Source of the DNA: Acidimicrobiales bacterium
GTDB lineage: Bacteria; Actinomycetota; Acidimicrobiia; Acidimicrobiales; SZUA-35
Length of the DNA stretch: 64,000 nt
Reading direction: 5' to 3'
Assembly: GCA_013003535.1 (NCBI GenBank)
Contig: JABDIY010000028.1
Location: forward strand, 25,631-89,630
Shown in pieces: positions 1-10,034 of this stretch (its first letter is position 1; every line of letters starts with the position of its first letter). The position numbers were made by a program, and so were the translations under genes. The notes below the pieces were generated by a model. It was not told the DNA's origin. It ran no database searches and saw only the letters and a list, made by a program, of their open reading frames with translations.

Positions 1-2
1 TG

Positions 3-110
3 CCGTCTCAGGTTGGTGCCGGTACGTTCTGGACCGAGGGCACCTCTTTGGTGGCCGGATCCATAGACGCCCAAACGGCCGCTGACAGGATCGAAGCCTC
101 CTGGCCGTAA
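3..110 (+). CDS. C-terminal fragment of a probable ABC transporter substrate-binding protein (gene begins upstream of the window)
   Basis: Frame 3 is open from the window edge to TAA at 108-110 (tail ...FWTEGTSLVAGSIDAQTAADRIEASWP*). It lies directly upstream of two sugar-type ABC permease genes. The family call rests on context only. Confidence 0.4.
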   Translation, partial: PSQVGAGTFWTEGTSLVAGSIDAQTAADRIEASWP

Positions 111-262
111 TGAAGCCGTAATGAAATCGTGACGCTCGCCGTTTGTGTGATCAGCGTCACATCCAATTAGACTCTTGCTGAGTCTTGCCGAAATGGGTGC
201 TGGCTCCGGCTGGCACCCATTTCTGATTCTGTTCGTTTCGCAAAAATGGAAAGGGGACCGAG

Positions 263-2248
263 TTGGATGCACTAGTGAAGGTCTTGGTCACGATTGTTGG
301 CGTGGCCATATCAGTGGGAGTCTTCAGCGCCCTCTGGGTGGGCGTGAACCTCATGTTCAACAAGGCGACCAAGGACTGGCCGTTGTTTTCCACGCTGGTC
401 GGTGCCCTACTGGGATTCATTCTGTTCGTGGTTCTCCACGGCAACGAACTCCTGATCAACCCTCTGGATGAGCAGATGGACCAGAGTTGGATCGGGCGCT
501 TCATCGCTTTCATCTGGCTTCCTGCAATCGCCGCCGCTGTAGGAGGCACCGTCGGGTGGTTCCTCGGCCGAATTGACGACCCGTCCACCCGCCTCGCCAT
601 CGGGATCGGGACCGGCGTTGTCGCCGCGCTAGTCATCGCCTTCATGCTCCGCGATGGAAGTGGTGTCATCACCATCGGCGATGGTCGCGAAACGGAACCG
701 GAGCGGAGTTACCTCCCTGCATTCAGACCCTTTGCACTCGCCAACTGGACGATCATCGGTGGGGCGGTAGGGGCTGGGTGGGCCACGTTGAGGAAATCCA
801 ACCTCATTCGCACCGTGGCAATCTTCGGCTCAATCGGATGGCTCATTGGAGCTTTTGCCGCCAGCCAGTTGGGAACGGGCCCCCGGATAGCTGCGATCAT
901 CGCCTGCTTGGTCCCGGGCCTCGCTCTTGGCTACGTGGTAGGGACCAGTAAAATTCCCAACATTGTTGGTGCAGCACGGATCGACGAAGGGGCTCGGCCA
1001 TGGATCTTCGTCGGACCAGCCGTTTTCTTCATTTTCGTTGCCCTCATCGCACCAACGATCCTCACTCTCGTTCTTTCCTTCCAGAACGCTGACTCCACTG
1101 AATTCGTGGGACTGGAGAACTACGGCACCGCTCTGTCCGATCCCGCAAACTTCGACACCGCCAACTGGACCAACATCTTCACATCGAGAATCTTCATTCT
1201 CGGGCTCATCCTCTTCGCCATCGGACTGTTACTCGCCATGGCCCTGGGTCGCCAGACCGGGCATACCGCGCAGGTAGACCCACCGTCGGGAGCCATCGGC
1301 ATCAGTGGGATCGCGCTGGTCTTTTTTGCGATCGTTACCACCCTTCGGGGCACGATAGTAAACAACCTGTGGTGGGTTTTTGCCGTCACACTGATCGCTA
1401 CTTCGCTCGGCCTGGCAATCGCCGTCCTGGCAGACGGCGTGCGTTTCGAACGGGTTGCAAAGTCGATCGTCTTCATGCCGCTGGCCATCAGCTTCGTAGG
1501 GGCTTCGGTGGTCTGGCGGTTGGTCTACCAATCCCGAGATCCCAGCCAAAGCCAAACCGGTGCAATGAACGCTGCGTGGGTAGCGATCGGTAGGACAACC
1601 TCGGACAGCTCCATCGGTCAGATCATTTGGGGGATTCTCCTCGTAGGAGCCGTGCTGGGTTTTGCATATGCAGCCATCCGTACGTTGAGTAACGACGTAA
1701 ACATGGCGGTTCTCTACAGCGTCTTGGGTCTGATACCCATCTATCTGCTCTATCGGCTCGCCACTGGCGGATTCGGTGCACTTGGGGAGCGGAACGGCGA
1801 ATTCCGTGGCGAACCAATCCAAACGCTGTCGGAAGGACCCTGGAACAACTTCTTTCTCATGATCGTGCTCATCTGGGTTCAGACCGGCTTTGCCATGGTC
1901 ATCCTCTCCGCAGCCATAAAGGCGGTTCCAGGGGAATTCATCGAGGCCGCCAAGATCGACGGGGCCAACGATTCAGATATCTTCTGGCGGATCACGATTC
2001 CCCAGATCACCCCCACGATCATCGTGGTCGTCACCACCGTGATCGTTCTTGTCATGAAGGTGTTTGACATCGTCCGAGTGATGACCAACGGCAACTTCGG
2101 TACCAACGTTCTGGCCAATGCAATGTACGCCGAGTCGTTCCAGTTCCGGAACGTCGGGGTCGGGTCGACCTTGGCGATCCTTCTTTTCCTGTCGGTGATC
2201 CCGGTGATGGTCTACAACATCCGCAAGCAACAAAAGGAGATTGCGTAA
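263..2248 (+). CDS. Carbohydrate ABC transporter permease (MalF-like) with a long extra N-terminal multi-helix extension
   Basis: 661-aa ORF. It carries the binding-protein-dependent permease EAA loop EAAKIDGANDSDIFWRITIPQITP and many hydrophobic helices. The TTG start at 263 is preceded by GGGGA; an in-frame GTG at 275 is an alternative. Confidence 0.85.
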   Translation: MDALVKVLVTIVGVAISVGVFSALWVGVNLMFNKATKDWPLFSTLVGALLGFILFVVLHGNELLINPLDEQMDQSWIGRFIAFIWLPAIAAAVGGTVGWFLGRIDDPSTRLAIGIGTGVVAALVIAFMLRDGSGVITIGDGRETEPERSYLPAFRPFALANWTIIGGAVGAGWATLRKSNLIRTVAIFGSIGWLIGAFAASQLGTGPRIAAIIACLVPGLALGYVVGTSKIPNIVGAARIDEGARPWIFVGPAVFFIFVALIAPTILTLVLSFQNADSTEFVGLENYGTALSDPANFDTANWTNIFTSRIFILGLILFAIGLLLAMALGRQTGHTAQVDPPSGAIGISGIALVFFAIVTTLRGTIVNNLWWVFAVTLIATSLGLAIAVLADGVRFERVAKSIVFMPLAISFVGASVVWRLVYQSRDPSQSQTGAMNAAWVAIGRTTSDSSIGQIIWGILLVGAVLGFAYAAIRTLSNDVNMAVLYSVLGLIPIYLLYRLATGGFGALGERNGEFRGEPIQTLSEGPWNNFFLMIVLIWVQTGFAMVILSAAIKAVPGEFIEAAKIDGANDSDIFWRITIPQITPTIIVVVTTVIVLVMKVFDIVRVMTNGNFGTNVLANAMYAESFQFRNVGVGSTLAILLFLSVIPVMVYNIRKQQKEIA

Positions 2249-2249
2249 G

Positions 2250-3248
2250 ATGGCTACCCCAGTGATCAACGAGGTCCCCGGCGATGCAGATGCGGCTCTA
2301 GGCAACGACGGGCCTCCAAACGACATGAGAAAGGGAGGAACCGGGTCCACTACGGGGGCACGGCTTCACGGACTCCTGACCCGCGTACCCCTGTGGTTCA
2401 TCGTACTGATCTGGGCCATTCCGAGTCTTGGACTGTTCATCAACTCATTTCGGGACCGACAGGCTCAAAACCAGAGTGGTTGGTGGCGAGTTGTCCCCAG
2501 CGACCTAACCATCAGTAACTACGACACCGTGCTGAGCGCCTCGTCGACAGCGTCGATGACAGATTCCGTGCTCAACAGCCTGGGTATCGCCATTCCTGCC
2601 ACGATTATTCCCATCGCCGTAGCGGCATTCGCCGCCTACGGCTTCGCCTGGATCGATTTCAAGGGACGGAACTGGCTGTTCATCGCCACGATCTCGCTTC
2701 TCGCCATCCCGTTGCAGGTGGCCCTTCTTCCTCTGCTGAAGCTCTATGTTGGCGGGGCTCACGTCACCGTGCCGTTTACCGAGCGTACGCTCACCCTCAT
2801 CCCAGACTGGGATCTGCAGGGTTCTCTGACCGCCGTGTGGTTGACCCACACTGGCTTTGCCATGCCCTTTGCCATTTTCCTGTTACACAACTACATCAGC
2901 GGTCTGCCCAGAGACATCTTTGAATCTGCGAGGATCGATGGAGCTGATCACTTCACAATCTTCACCAAATTGGTACTGCCCCTCAGCGTGCCGGTCCTCG
3001 CCGCCTTCGCCATCTTCCAGTTCCTTTGGGCGTGGAACGACTACCTCATCGCATTGACCATGATCGGATCGAACGCCGACAACTTCCCCACCACAATCCG
3101 GGTTGCCAACCTTTCGGGTGACTTCGGCCGTAATGCCTTCCTTTTACCGTCGGCGGCGTTCATTCAAGCGTTCATACCATTGATTGTGTTCTTTAGCCTT
3201 CAACGTTTTTTCGTGAAGGGACTCCTCGCCGGCTCCGTCAAGGGATAA
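2250..3248 (+). CDS. Carbohydrate ABC transporter permease (MalG/UgpE-like)
   Basis: EAA loop ESARIDGADHFTIFTKLVLPLSVP. ATG 2250 lies about 9 nt after AAGGAGA and just after the upstream TAA. The ORF-track start at 2241 is TTG. Confidence 0.85.
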   Translation: MATPVINEVPGDADAALGNDGPPNDMRKGGTGSTTGARLHGLLTRVPLWFIVLIWAIPSLGLFINSFRDRQAQNQSGWWRVVPSDLTISNYDTVLSASSTASMTDSVLNSLGIAIPATIIPIAVAAFAAYGFAWIDFKGRNWLFIATISLLAIPLQVALLPLLKLYVGGAHVTVPFTERTLTLIPDWDLQGSLTAVWLTHTGFAMPFAIFLLHNYISGLPRDIFESARIDGADHFTIFTKLVLPLSVPVLAAFAIFQFLWAWNDYLIALTMIGSNADNFPTTIRVANLSGDFGRNAFLLPSAAFIQAFIPLIVFFSLQRFFVKGLLAGSVKG

Positions 3249-3363
3249 CGATCCGGGCTGCCTCTTCGGGGGCCTGTTCAAACACAGGGGTTCGGTCTCC
3301 CCAAGGGACCTGCAGTGACCTTGTCCTCTGGAAAAGGGACCGAACCTCACCGAAAATCCTGAG

Positions 3364-4284
3364 ATGGACCACCCGTTGGATCGCATCGTTGTTGGTGCAG
3401 ACGGATCCGAGTTCTCCGAGGCAGCGATTCGCTGGGCTGCGGAACGAATCCCCGACGGTGGCTCGCTGCACGTGATCCACGCATTTTCGCCGGTGAAAGA
3501 GTTAGCGCTCGCGGCCCTCCAAACGGACTGGGTGCCGTTGCGCAATGCGGCCGAGGACGCACTCAACCATTCTTGGACCCTGCCGGCCCGCAAGCTCGGC
3601 CGCGAAACGCACAATCGCGTGCTCGACGACGATCCGGCCGATGCGCTGATGTATGTGACTCACGAACAACGGTGCAGAGCCATCGTGGTCGGTGCCCACG
3701 GAGCCGGCGATCGGCGCCACCACCTGTTGGGCAGCGTCACCCGCAAACTCATCAACCGGTCACCGGTCCCGGTGATCGTCGTGAACAGGGATCTGGCGAA
3801 GTTCGAACAGCGGCAAAGTCAGCCCGTTGTTGCCGGGGTCGGTTACGGCAAAGCCAGCGAAGCGGCCGCCTTCTGGGCCGGCGACTTCGCCGCCGCCGTC
3901 GGTCGGCCGCTCAGCCTGATCCACGCCGTGAGCCATCGACCGATATATCCGATGGACTCCCCCCTGGACATGGTCGGGTCGTATTTGGGCGGGAATCTCC
4001 CTGCCAAATTCGCTCAGTCGGAAATCGATTCTCTGGCCAATCGAATCCGTGCGCGGAAACCGGATCTGATCGTGTCTACCAAAATCGCGTTCGGGTCTTC
4101 TATCAGTGCACTCCTCGAAGCCGGTAGTGGTGCCGAACTCGTCGTGGTTGGCGATCGCCGCGAGAATGCAGTCAACCGAAAGACCATCAGCCCCCGAGTT
4201 CAACAACTGGTCAGCCGTTCACAGTTTGCGGTGGCCGTCGTACCGTCACCGCAACCGGGAGAATCATCGGAGGCCATTACCTAG
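3364..4284 (+). CDS. Universal stress protein, tandem UspA domains
   Basis: Two repeats of the USP pattern: IVVGADGSEFSEAAIRWAAE ... VVGAHGAGDRRHHLLGSVTRKLINRSPVPVIVV, then a second half ending ...ELVVVGDRR...VSRSQFAVAVVP. Confidence 0.8.
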   Translation: MDHPLDRIVVGADGSEFSEAAIRWAAERIPDGGSLHVIHAFSPVKELALAALQTDWVPLRNAAEDALNHSWTLPARKLGRETHNRVLDDDPADALMYVTHEQRCRAIVVGAHGAGDRRHHLLGSVTRKLINRSPVPVIVVNRDLAKFEQRQSQPVVAGVGYGKASEAAAFWAGDFAAAVGRPLSLIHAVSHRPIYPMDSPLDMVGSYLGGNLPAKFAQSEIDSLANRIRARKPDLIVSTKIAFGSSISALLEAGSGAELVVVGDRRENAVNRKTISPRVQQLVSRSQFAVAVVPSPQPGESSEAIT

Positions 4285-4329
4285 CGAGGGGACGCGCCGC
4301 CTCGCCTCCGCCGAGCTGATTCACTCACC

Positions 4330-6720
4330 ATGTCGCCTAGACCATCTCCCGAACTGTTGATTGAAGACCGAAACGTCGGAGTCGGTCTCACCTCAGAAGA
4401 AGCGGCCCGACGGCACGCGGCGGCGTTGGGCAATCAGACCGACCACCAATCAACCCGCTCGCTGGGCAGCATCGTTCGAGGCAACGTCCTCACGCGATTC
4501 AACGCAATCATCACGTCGCTCGCTGTCGTGGTGCTGGTCTTCGGGAGCCCGGTCGATGCCCTCTTCGGGTTTGTGATGATCCTGAACAGTGTTATCGGGG
4601 TGGTTCAAGAAATTCGCGCAAAGCGGAGCCTCGATGCGGTGCAGGTTCTGATAACGCCCAACTCCGAAGTGTTCCGAGACGGCACCAAACGTTCGATCGC
4701 GGCCGAGGACCTCGTGCTCGGCGATGTCGTCGCGCTCAAAGCGGGCGACCAAATCCCAATCGATGGCACGGTCCTGACTTCCCAAGGATTGGAGGCAGAC
4801 GAATCTGCGCTCACCGGTGAGTCCGAGCCTGTACCGAAACCAGAAGAGGCCAAGATCCTCAGCGGGAGCTTCGTCACTGCGGGGACGGGGACGGTGGTTG
4901 CAACGGCCGTCGGCACTTCGAGCTGGGTGTACCAGCTCACGAAAGAGGCAAAGACGTTCGTGCTCACCCAATCCGAACTTCGGGTCGGCATCGATCGCCT
5001 CCTCAGGGTGGTGTCGTGGATCGTGCCGCCCATTGCCGGGCTGCTGCTCTGGAGTCAACTCCGGAGCCAACAGGGCTTCGATGAGGCGACGGTTTCCGCA
5101 GTCGCAGGAGTAGTAGGGCTTGTTCCTCAGGGGCTGGTTCTCCTGGTCAGCATGGCCCTCGCTGTTGCCGTGGTCCGCCTGGCGAAACAACAGGTTGTGG
5201 TACAAGAACTTCCCGCCGTCGAAGGACTGGCGCGGGTCGACATGTTGTGTGTGGACAAAACCGGAACCCTGACCACCGGACATCTCGCACTGGACAAGCT
5301 TCACCCGATCGGAGTCAGCGATGGCAAACTCCGAGCCGGTATCGCCGCAATCACCGAACTCGACGGAGCGAGAACCACTACCACCGAGGTCATACAAGAC
5401 GCCCTTGGTTGGCACCCGTCAGATTGGACGGTGCAACATTCCGTGCCGTTTTCCTCGGTCCGAAAATGGAGCGGAGGAACATTTCGCGACCACGGGTCAT
5501 GGGTCCTGGGCGCCCCCGAAGTCCTTCTCGATTCGATGGCTGGCCTGGAACTTGACCACGTGATCCAACAACTCCACGATCTCACCGGTCAGGGGCGTCG
5601 AGTGTTATTGGTCGCTCAAACCGATGCAGTGATGCCCGACGCGCCTGAGCTTCCGGAACGTTTGAGACCAATTGGTCTGGTCTCGCTCAAGGAAGAAGTA
5701 CGGCCCGATGGTGCAGCCGCAATGGAGTACTTCCGGGCTCAGAACGTGACGGTGAAGGTCATTTCGGGAGACAACCCGAGAACCGTTTCCGCAGTGGCTG
5801 CCGAATTGGGAATTCCCGGCGCAGCAGACGCCGTGGACCTCCGCCGTTTCTCGGACCTGTCCACTATTCCTGCGGATACAGCAGTTTTCGGACGAGTGCT
5901 CCCCGAACAGAAGCGAGACCTCGTCAAGCTCCTCCAACAGCGAGGTCACACGGTGGCCATGACGGGCGACGGCGTCAACGATATTCCGTCGCTCAAGGCG
6001 GCCGATATCGGGATCGCCATGAACACTGCGACCCCCGCTACGAAGGCCGTGGCCCAACTCATCCTTCTCGACGGGCGTTTCGAACGCCTGCCATCAGTGG
6101 TGGCGGAAGGAAGACGAGTGATTGCCAACATGGAACGGGTCTCGTCGTTGTTCATCACCAAAACCGTCTATGCCGCAATGTTGGCATTGGCCGTAGGCGC
6201 GGCGGGCGTTGCGTTCCCGTTCCTCCCACGCCATCTCAGCCTCGTCGCCGAGATCACGATCGGGGTACCGGCCTTCGCTCTGAGTTTTCGGGCTGCCGAC
6301 GAACCGTGCCGGCCGGGCTACCTCCAGCGGGTTCTGAGGTTCTCTGTTCCCGCGGGGCTGGTGGCGGCCGGTGCCACATTTGGGGCTTATTGGGCCGCAC
6401 GGTCCCCGCTGGCAGACGCGAACCTCGAACAGGCTCGGACTGCGGCCACGATGACGCTGACGCTCACGGGGCTCTGGGTTCTCTACCGCCTTACTCGGCC
6501 GATGGACCGGTTTGAAGGGGCTCTGCTCGCCACGCTTTCTGTAGTGTTTGCACTGACGCTCATTCCATCACCGGTCTCGCGATTCTATGCGCTCACACTG
6601 CCGCCACTTCGAACCACGCTCGTCATCCTCGCGGTTCTCGTCGCCACGATCTCGGCGCTTCAAGGCCTGCTCCGCGTTTCAGAGCACTACAAACGAAGAT
6701 CAAACCCGAAGCGACCTTGA
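4330..6720 (+). CDS. Cation-transporting P-type (HAD-type) ATPase
   Basis: TGES loop (LTGESEPV), phosphorylation motif CVDKTGTLTTG, hinge MTGDGVNDIPSLKAADIGIAM, and N- and C-terminal membrane helices. Ion specificity cannot be read from the sequence. Confidence 0.9.
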   Translation: MSPRPSPELLIEDRNVGVGLTSEEAARRHAAALGNQTDHQSTRSLGSIVRGNVLTRFNAIITSLAVVVLVFGSPVDALFGFVMILNSVIGVVQEIRAKRSLDAVQVLITPNSEVFRDGTKRSIAAEDLVLGDVVALKAGDQIPIDGTVLTSQGLEADESALTGESEPVPKPEEAKILSGSFVTAGTGTVVATAVGTSSWVYQLTKEAKTFVLTQSELRVGIDRLLRVVSWIVPPIAGLLLWSQLRSQQGFDEATVSAVAGVVGLVPQGLVLLVSMALAVAVVRLAKQQVVVQELPAVEGLARVDMLCVDKTGTLTTGHLALDKLHPIGVSDGKLRAGIAAITELDGARTTTTEVIQDALGWHPSDWTVQHSVPFSSVRKWSGGTFRDHGSWVLGAPEVLLDSMAGLELDHVIQQLHDLTGQGRRVLLVAQTDAVMPDAPELPERLRPIGLVSLKEEVRPDGAAAMEYFRAQNVTVKVISGDNPRTVSAVAAELGIPGAADAVDLRRFSDLSTIPADTAVFGRVLPEQKRDLVKLLQQRGHTVAMTGDGVNDIPSLKAADIGIAMNTATPATKAVAQLILLDGRFERLPSVVAEGRRVIANMERVSSLFITKTVYAAMLALAVGAAGVAFPFLPRHLSLVAEITIGVPAFALSFRAADEPCRPGYLQRVLRFSVPAGLVAAGATFGAYWAARSPLADANLEQARTAATMTLTLTGLWVLYRLTRPMDRFEGALLATLSVVFALTLIPSPVSRFYALTLPPLRTTLVILAVLVATISALQGLLRVSEHYKRRSNPKRP

Positions 6721-6835
6721 CTACGGCCCATCTCATCGTGCTCAGCCGCTGACTTCACCTGAAAATCCAGGCCAGGTATCATTCGCGTTCAGACCGCGGT
6801 TCCTCGCCGTGGGCTGCGTCCGGAGGACGCACGCC

Positions 6836-7600
6836 ATGAAACTGCAAATTGGCCAAGCCGTAAAAACCACCGATGGCGACTTCGGCGAAGTTCACGACAT
6901 CGTCGTCGACGCCGCGAATCGGACGGTGACCCATCTGGTGGTGGAACCATACGAGCAACACTTTCAAGCCCGCCTCGTCCCGCTCTGGCTTATCCGGGCT
7001 GAGAATGGGTCGTTGGTGATCGACCTCGACTCGGCCCATGCTCGACAGCTGCAACGCGTAGCCCAAACCGATTTCATCCGCCTCGGCGAATGGCCCGAGC
7101 TCGACGGGGAGTGGGAAATCGGAGTGAGCGATGTTGTCTCGCTTCCCTATTTCAATTTCAACGGGGACGTCATTACTGAATGGTTCGACGGGCACGCCAC
7201 CGTTCATTTCGACCGAATCCCCAAGGGAGAATGCGAGATTCGGCGGGAGAGCACAGTGCGGGCCGATGACGGCGAACCACTAGGCTGTGTAGAGGGATTC
7301 CTCGTGGACGGAGACGACCTCGCCGGTGTCATCGTGCGGTCGGGTTTGCCCGGGTTTCGACGGTTCCGTCTCGTTCCGATGGGCAAGGTCGCTGATGTCG
7401 CAAACGATTGGGTTCGTCTCACCTTGATCAGCGAAGAGTTCGCCAGGCTGCCCGAGCCCGAAGGGCTCACCGGTCCCGGTGGCGCCGCCCTGACCGATGA
7501 CATCGCCCAATGGTCCCTAGAGGCGGTCCGTAACGTCCGGCACAACACTGCAACCTCGTTGCGCCGAGCAGTGCGGTTCGCCAAGAAAGGCTTGCCTTAG
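6836..7600 (+). CDS. PRC-barrel-like domain protein (two repeats), function unknown
   Basis: ATG at 6836 gives MKLQIGQAVKTTDGDFGEVHDIVVDAANRTVTHLVVEP, a PRC-barrel-like signature. A second similar unit is ESTVRADDGEPLGCVEGFLVDGDD. The ORF-track start at 6587 overlaps the ATPase gene and is rejected. Confidence 0.55.
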   Translation: MKLQIGQAVKTTDGDFGEVHDIVVDAANRTVTHLVVEPYEQHFQARLVPLWLIRAENGSLVIDLDSAHARQLQRVAQTDFIRLGEWPELDGEWEIGVSDVVSLPYFNFNGDVITEWFDGHATVHFDRIPKGECEIRRESTVRADDGEPLGCVEGFLVDGDDLAGVIVRSGLPGFRRFRLVPMGKVADVANDWVRLTLISEEFARLPEPEGLTGPGGAALTDDIAQWSLEAVRNVRHNTATSLRRAVRFAKKGLP

Positions 7601-7675
7601 GTAAACGAGAACAGCGGGACTCGCTGGTCCGGAGCGAGCGCGAGGGTTTTGGCTGGTCGCACTAGAATCTCCCGC

Positions 7676-8851
7676 ATGAAGACATTCTCCCGGGCGATGG
7701 TTGCGGTGGTCCTCACCGTCTTATGCATATTGGGGTTCGCTGGGGCGGCCCACGCCCAAGACCCCGATCTCGCCGTGGTGGTGGATGCGATCGAGCAGAA
7801 CGGTCGGTACCTGGAACGCGATGTAGACGCAGCGGCGCTGGAGGCGATCGATCGAGCCAATGCCGACGGCATCGCCTTCGTGCGGCTGGACACCAACGCT
7901 CAGGTCCCTACCTTCGCCTCGGCGGTGTCGGCCGAACTCGATGCCCGAAACAGCCAGTACGGCGCCGTCCTCGTCCTGACCAACAGCGGAATCTGGAGCC
8001 GTGGAGTGCCCGAGGCGTCGGCCGCCGGTGATGCGGTGACGCCTCTCTTCGGGGCTGGTCAAATCGGCGACGGGATCGACCAGTTCACGGCCCTTCTGGG
8101 CGGAGCGGCGCGCGGCGGGAGCAGCACCACAGGGTCCGAATCGACCAGTTCCGGCGGTGGTTTCCCATGGATCATCCCGATCATTCTGATCATCGGCGGT
8201 TTTTTCCTCTTCAACATGTTGCGGGGGCGGAAGAAGACCCGCGCCGCAAGCGCCAAGGCCATCGAGGACGATCGGGCAGAAATCATAGAGCAGCTCAAAG
8301 CCAACGCTGACCGGGTGATCGATCTGGGCGACGAGGTCATCAAAGCCAAGGATCCCGAACTCATCAGCATTTACGAAGAAGCGAGTGCGACCTACCAGAA
8401 CGTCTCCAACGAGATTCGTAACGCCACGACCGCCGCCGAGGTAGACGCTCTCGACGATCAGATCGACAAAGCGGAATGGCAGTTCGAGGTACTCGAGGCC
8501 AAACTCACCGGTCAGACCCCGCCGCCATTCCTCGACACCGATGCTCCTCCGCCTCCAACGCCTTCAGCCGGGCCTCCGTCTACACCCCCACCACCGGGTC
8601 CGGTCAGCGCGGCCGAGCGAGATGAACAGTTTCGGCGCCAAGGCCAGAACCCCCGTCCGTTGCCCCGCCGAAATCCTCGGGTGCCAACACGATCACAGCG
8701 TGGCCGCGGCATGGGGGGCATGCTCGGCAAAATGGCGCTCAGCGTCCTGATGAGCATGCTCATGGGCGGCCGGCTGGGTTCACCGAACACCTCCCGCCGC
8801 TCTAGCCGCCGCAGTGGCGGTGGCTACGGCGGAATTCGCAGCCCGTTCTGA
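7676..8851 (+). CDS. Secreted/membrane protein: signal peptide, extracytoplasmic domain, one TM, coiled-coil, Pro-rich and Arg/Gly-rich tail
   Basis: Signal peptide MKTFSRAMVAVVLTVLCILGFAGAAHA, central helix FPWIIPIILIIGGFFLFNML followed by RGRKK, then PPPPTPSAGPPSTPPPPGP and an RRSSRRSGGGYGG tail. It may be TPM-domain-like, but I cannot verify that. Confidence 0.5.
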   Translation: MKTFSRAMVAVVLTVLCILGFAGAAHAQDPDLAVVVDAIEQNGRYLERDVDAAALEAIDRANADGIAFVRLDTNAQVPTFASAVSAELDARNSQYGAVLVLTNSGIWSRGVPEASAAGDAVTPLFGAGQIGDGIDQFTALLGGAARGGSSTTGSESTSSGGGFPWIIPIILIIGGFFLFNMLRGRKKTRAASAKAIEDDRAEIIEQLKANADRVIDLGDEVIKAKDPELISIYEEASATYQNVSNEIRNATTAAEVDALDDQIDKAEWQFEVLEAKLTGQTPPPFLDTDAPPPPTPSAGPPSTPPPPGPVSAAERDEQFRRQGQNPRPLPRRNPRVPTRSQRGRGMGGMLGKMALSVLMSMLMGGRLGSPNTSRRSSRRSGGGYGGIRSPF

Positions 8852-8862
8852 GCTCGAAAACC

Positions 8863-9732
8863 GTGGATTGCCCCCCTACTGTCATACCCACCTCTCATAC
8901 TGTTGATGTGGCAGAACTCCCGGAATACCTCTCCCCTTCGTCGGCGTCATCATTCGATGGTTGTCCCCGCCGCTGGAAGTTCAAATACGTGGACCGTCTG
9001 GCGGAGCCGTCCGGAGAAGCAGCCCTCATCGGATCATTCGCTCACCTCGTCCTGGAGCACCTCTGCCAATTGCAGCCCGATGAGCGCACGCTCGATGCGG
9101 CCAAGGTCCTCGCCCGCGGCCTCTGGGAAGGATTCGCCACCGAGGATGATTATCGGTCATTGGAGCTTGCCGAAGACGACGCCCGGGCATTCCGCTGGAA
9201 CGCCTGGCAGTGCATTGCCGGACTCTGGACATTGGAAGACCCGGCCACCGTCGAGGTAGTTTCCACCGAGGAGAAGGTGCGAACCATATTGGGAGAAGTC
9301 CCCTTCGTTGGCATCATCGACCGCGTCGATCAACTGAACGACGAATTGGTCGTTACCGACTACAAGTCTGGCACCCTCCCGGGAATCCAGTGGCGGGACG
9401 ACAAGATCCAGCAAGTGTTGCTCTATGCCGCCGCCCTCCATGAGGAAACGGGTGAGATGCCGCGGTCGGCTCGTCTGATCTATCTGAAGCAGTCGATCGT
9501 CGACATACCCGTCACCCAAGTCAAGATCGACGAAGCCATTTTGAAACTCACAGACACCTGGAGCCAACTCAGCACCGCTTGTGCCAGTGACACCTTCGAT
9601 GCCCGCCCGGGCGTCCTGTGCGGATGGTGCCCATTCGCCGACCAATGCCCCGAGGGCCGTGCCGAACTGGTCCGCCGAGAGGCCGCAGGCAAACTACCTG
9701 CCCATGCTCCCGCTCGAGCTCTGGTGGCCTGA
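8863..9732 (+). CDS. PD-(D/E)XK nuclease, Cas4/AddB-type with 4-Cys Fe-S cluster (RecB-family exonuclease)
   Basis: One N-terminal Cys (SFDGCPRRWKF) plus C-terminal CGWCPFADQC (C-x2-C-x5-C). Nuclease core IIDRVD...VVTDYKSG. GTG start. Confidence 0.7.
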   Translation: MDCPPTVIPTSHTVDVAELPEYLSPSSASSFDGCPRRWKFKYVDRLAEPSGEAALIGSFAHLVLEHLCQLQPDERTLDAAKVLARGLWEGFATEDDYRSLELAEDDARAFRWNAWQCIAGLWTLEDPATVEVVSTEEKVRTILGEVPFVGIIDRVDQLNDELVVTDYKSGTLPGIQWRDDKIQQVLLYAAALHEETGEMPRSARLIYLKQSIVDIPVTQVKIDEAILKLTDTWSQLSTACASDTFDARPGVLCGWCPFADQCPEGRAELVRREAAGKLPAHAPARALVA

Positions 9733-9808
9733 TCCTGATCCGGCCGAATCAGGTGGGCCAGGCGAACTGACCCAGCCGCTCAAGAGGCCATCGCCAAGCT
9801 CCGATGCA

Positions 9809-10009
9809 ATGAAGGTGACAACACTCGAACAACGACCCGGTGGAGACTCCCCCGGCCGAGGTGCACAGCTGCCGGTTGGGCGACCAGCCGGGTGGTTCGA
9901 TGATCCCGAGGGCACGCACGACCAACGCTTCTTCGATGGCGTCCTTTGGACGAACCACGTGACGCATTTCGGTCCGAAACCCTGCCCGGGTTGCGGCCCA
10001 GCAGTCTAG
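9809..10009 (+). CDS. DUF2510-type small protein
   Basis: GWFDDPEGTHDQRFFDGVLWTNHV matches the remembered GWYPDP...RYWDG..WT signature. ATG at 9809; the ORF-track start at 9581 overlaps the nuclease gene. Confidence 0.5.
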   Translation: MKVTTLEQRPGGDSPGRGAQLPVGRPAGWFDDPEGTHDQRFFDGVLWTNHVTHFGPKPCPGCGPAV

Positions 10010-10034
10010 CCAGCCTCGAACCCCCGCTTCGGCG

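Noticed and set aside
6587-6835. The N-terminal 83-aa extension of the PRC-barrel ORF, as given in the ORF track.
   Set aside because: It overlaps the last ~130 nt of the P-type ATPase gene and translates to Arg/Ser-rich low-complexity sequence. ATG 6836 gives a compact PRC-barrel N-terminus.
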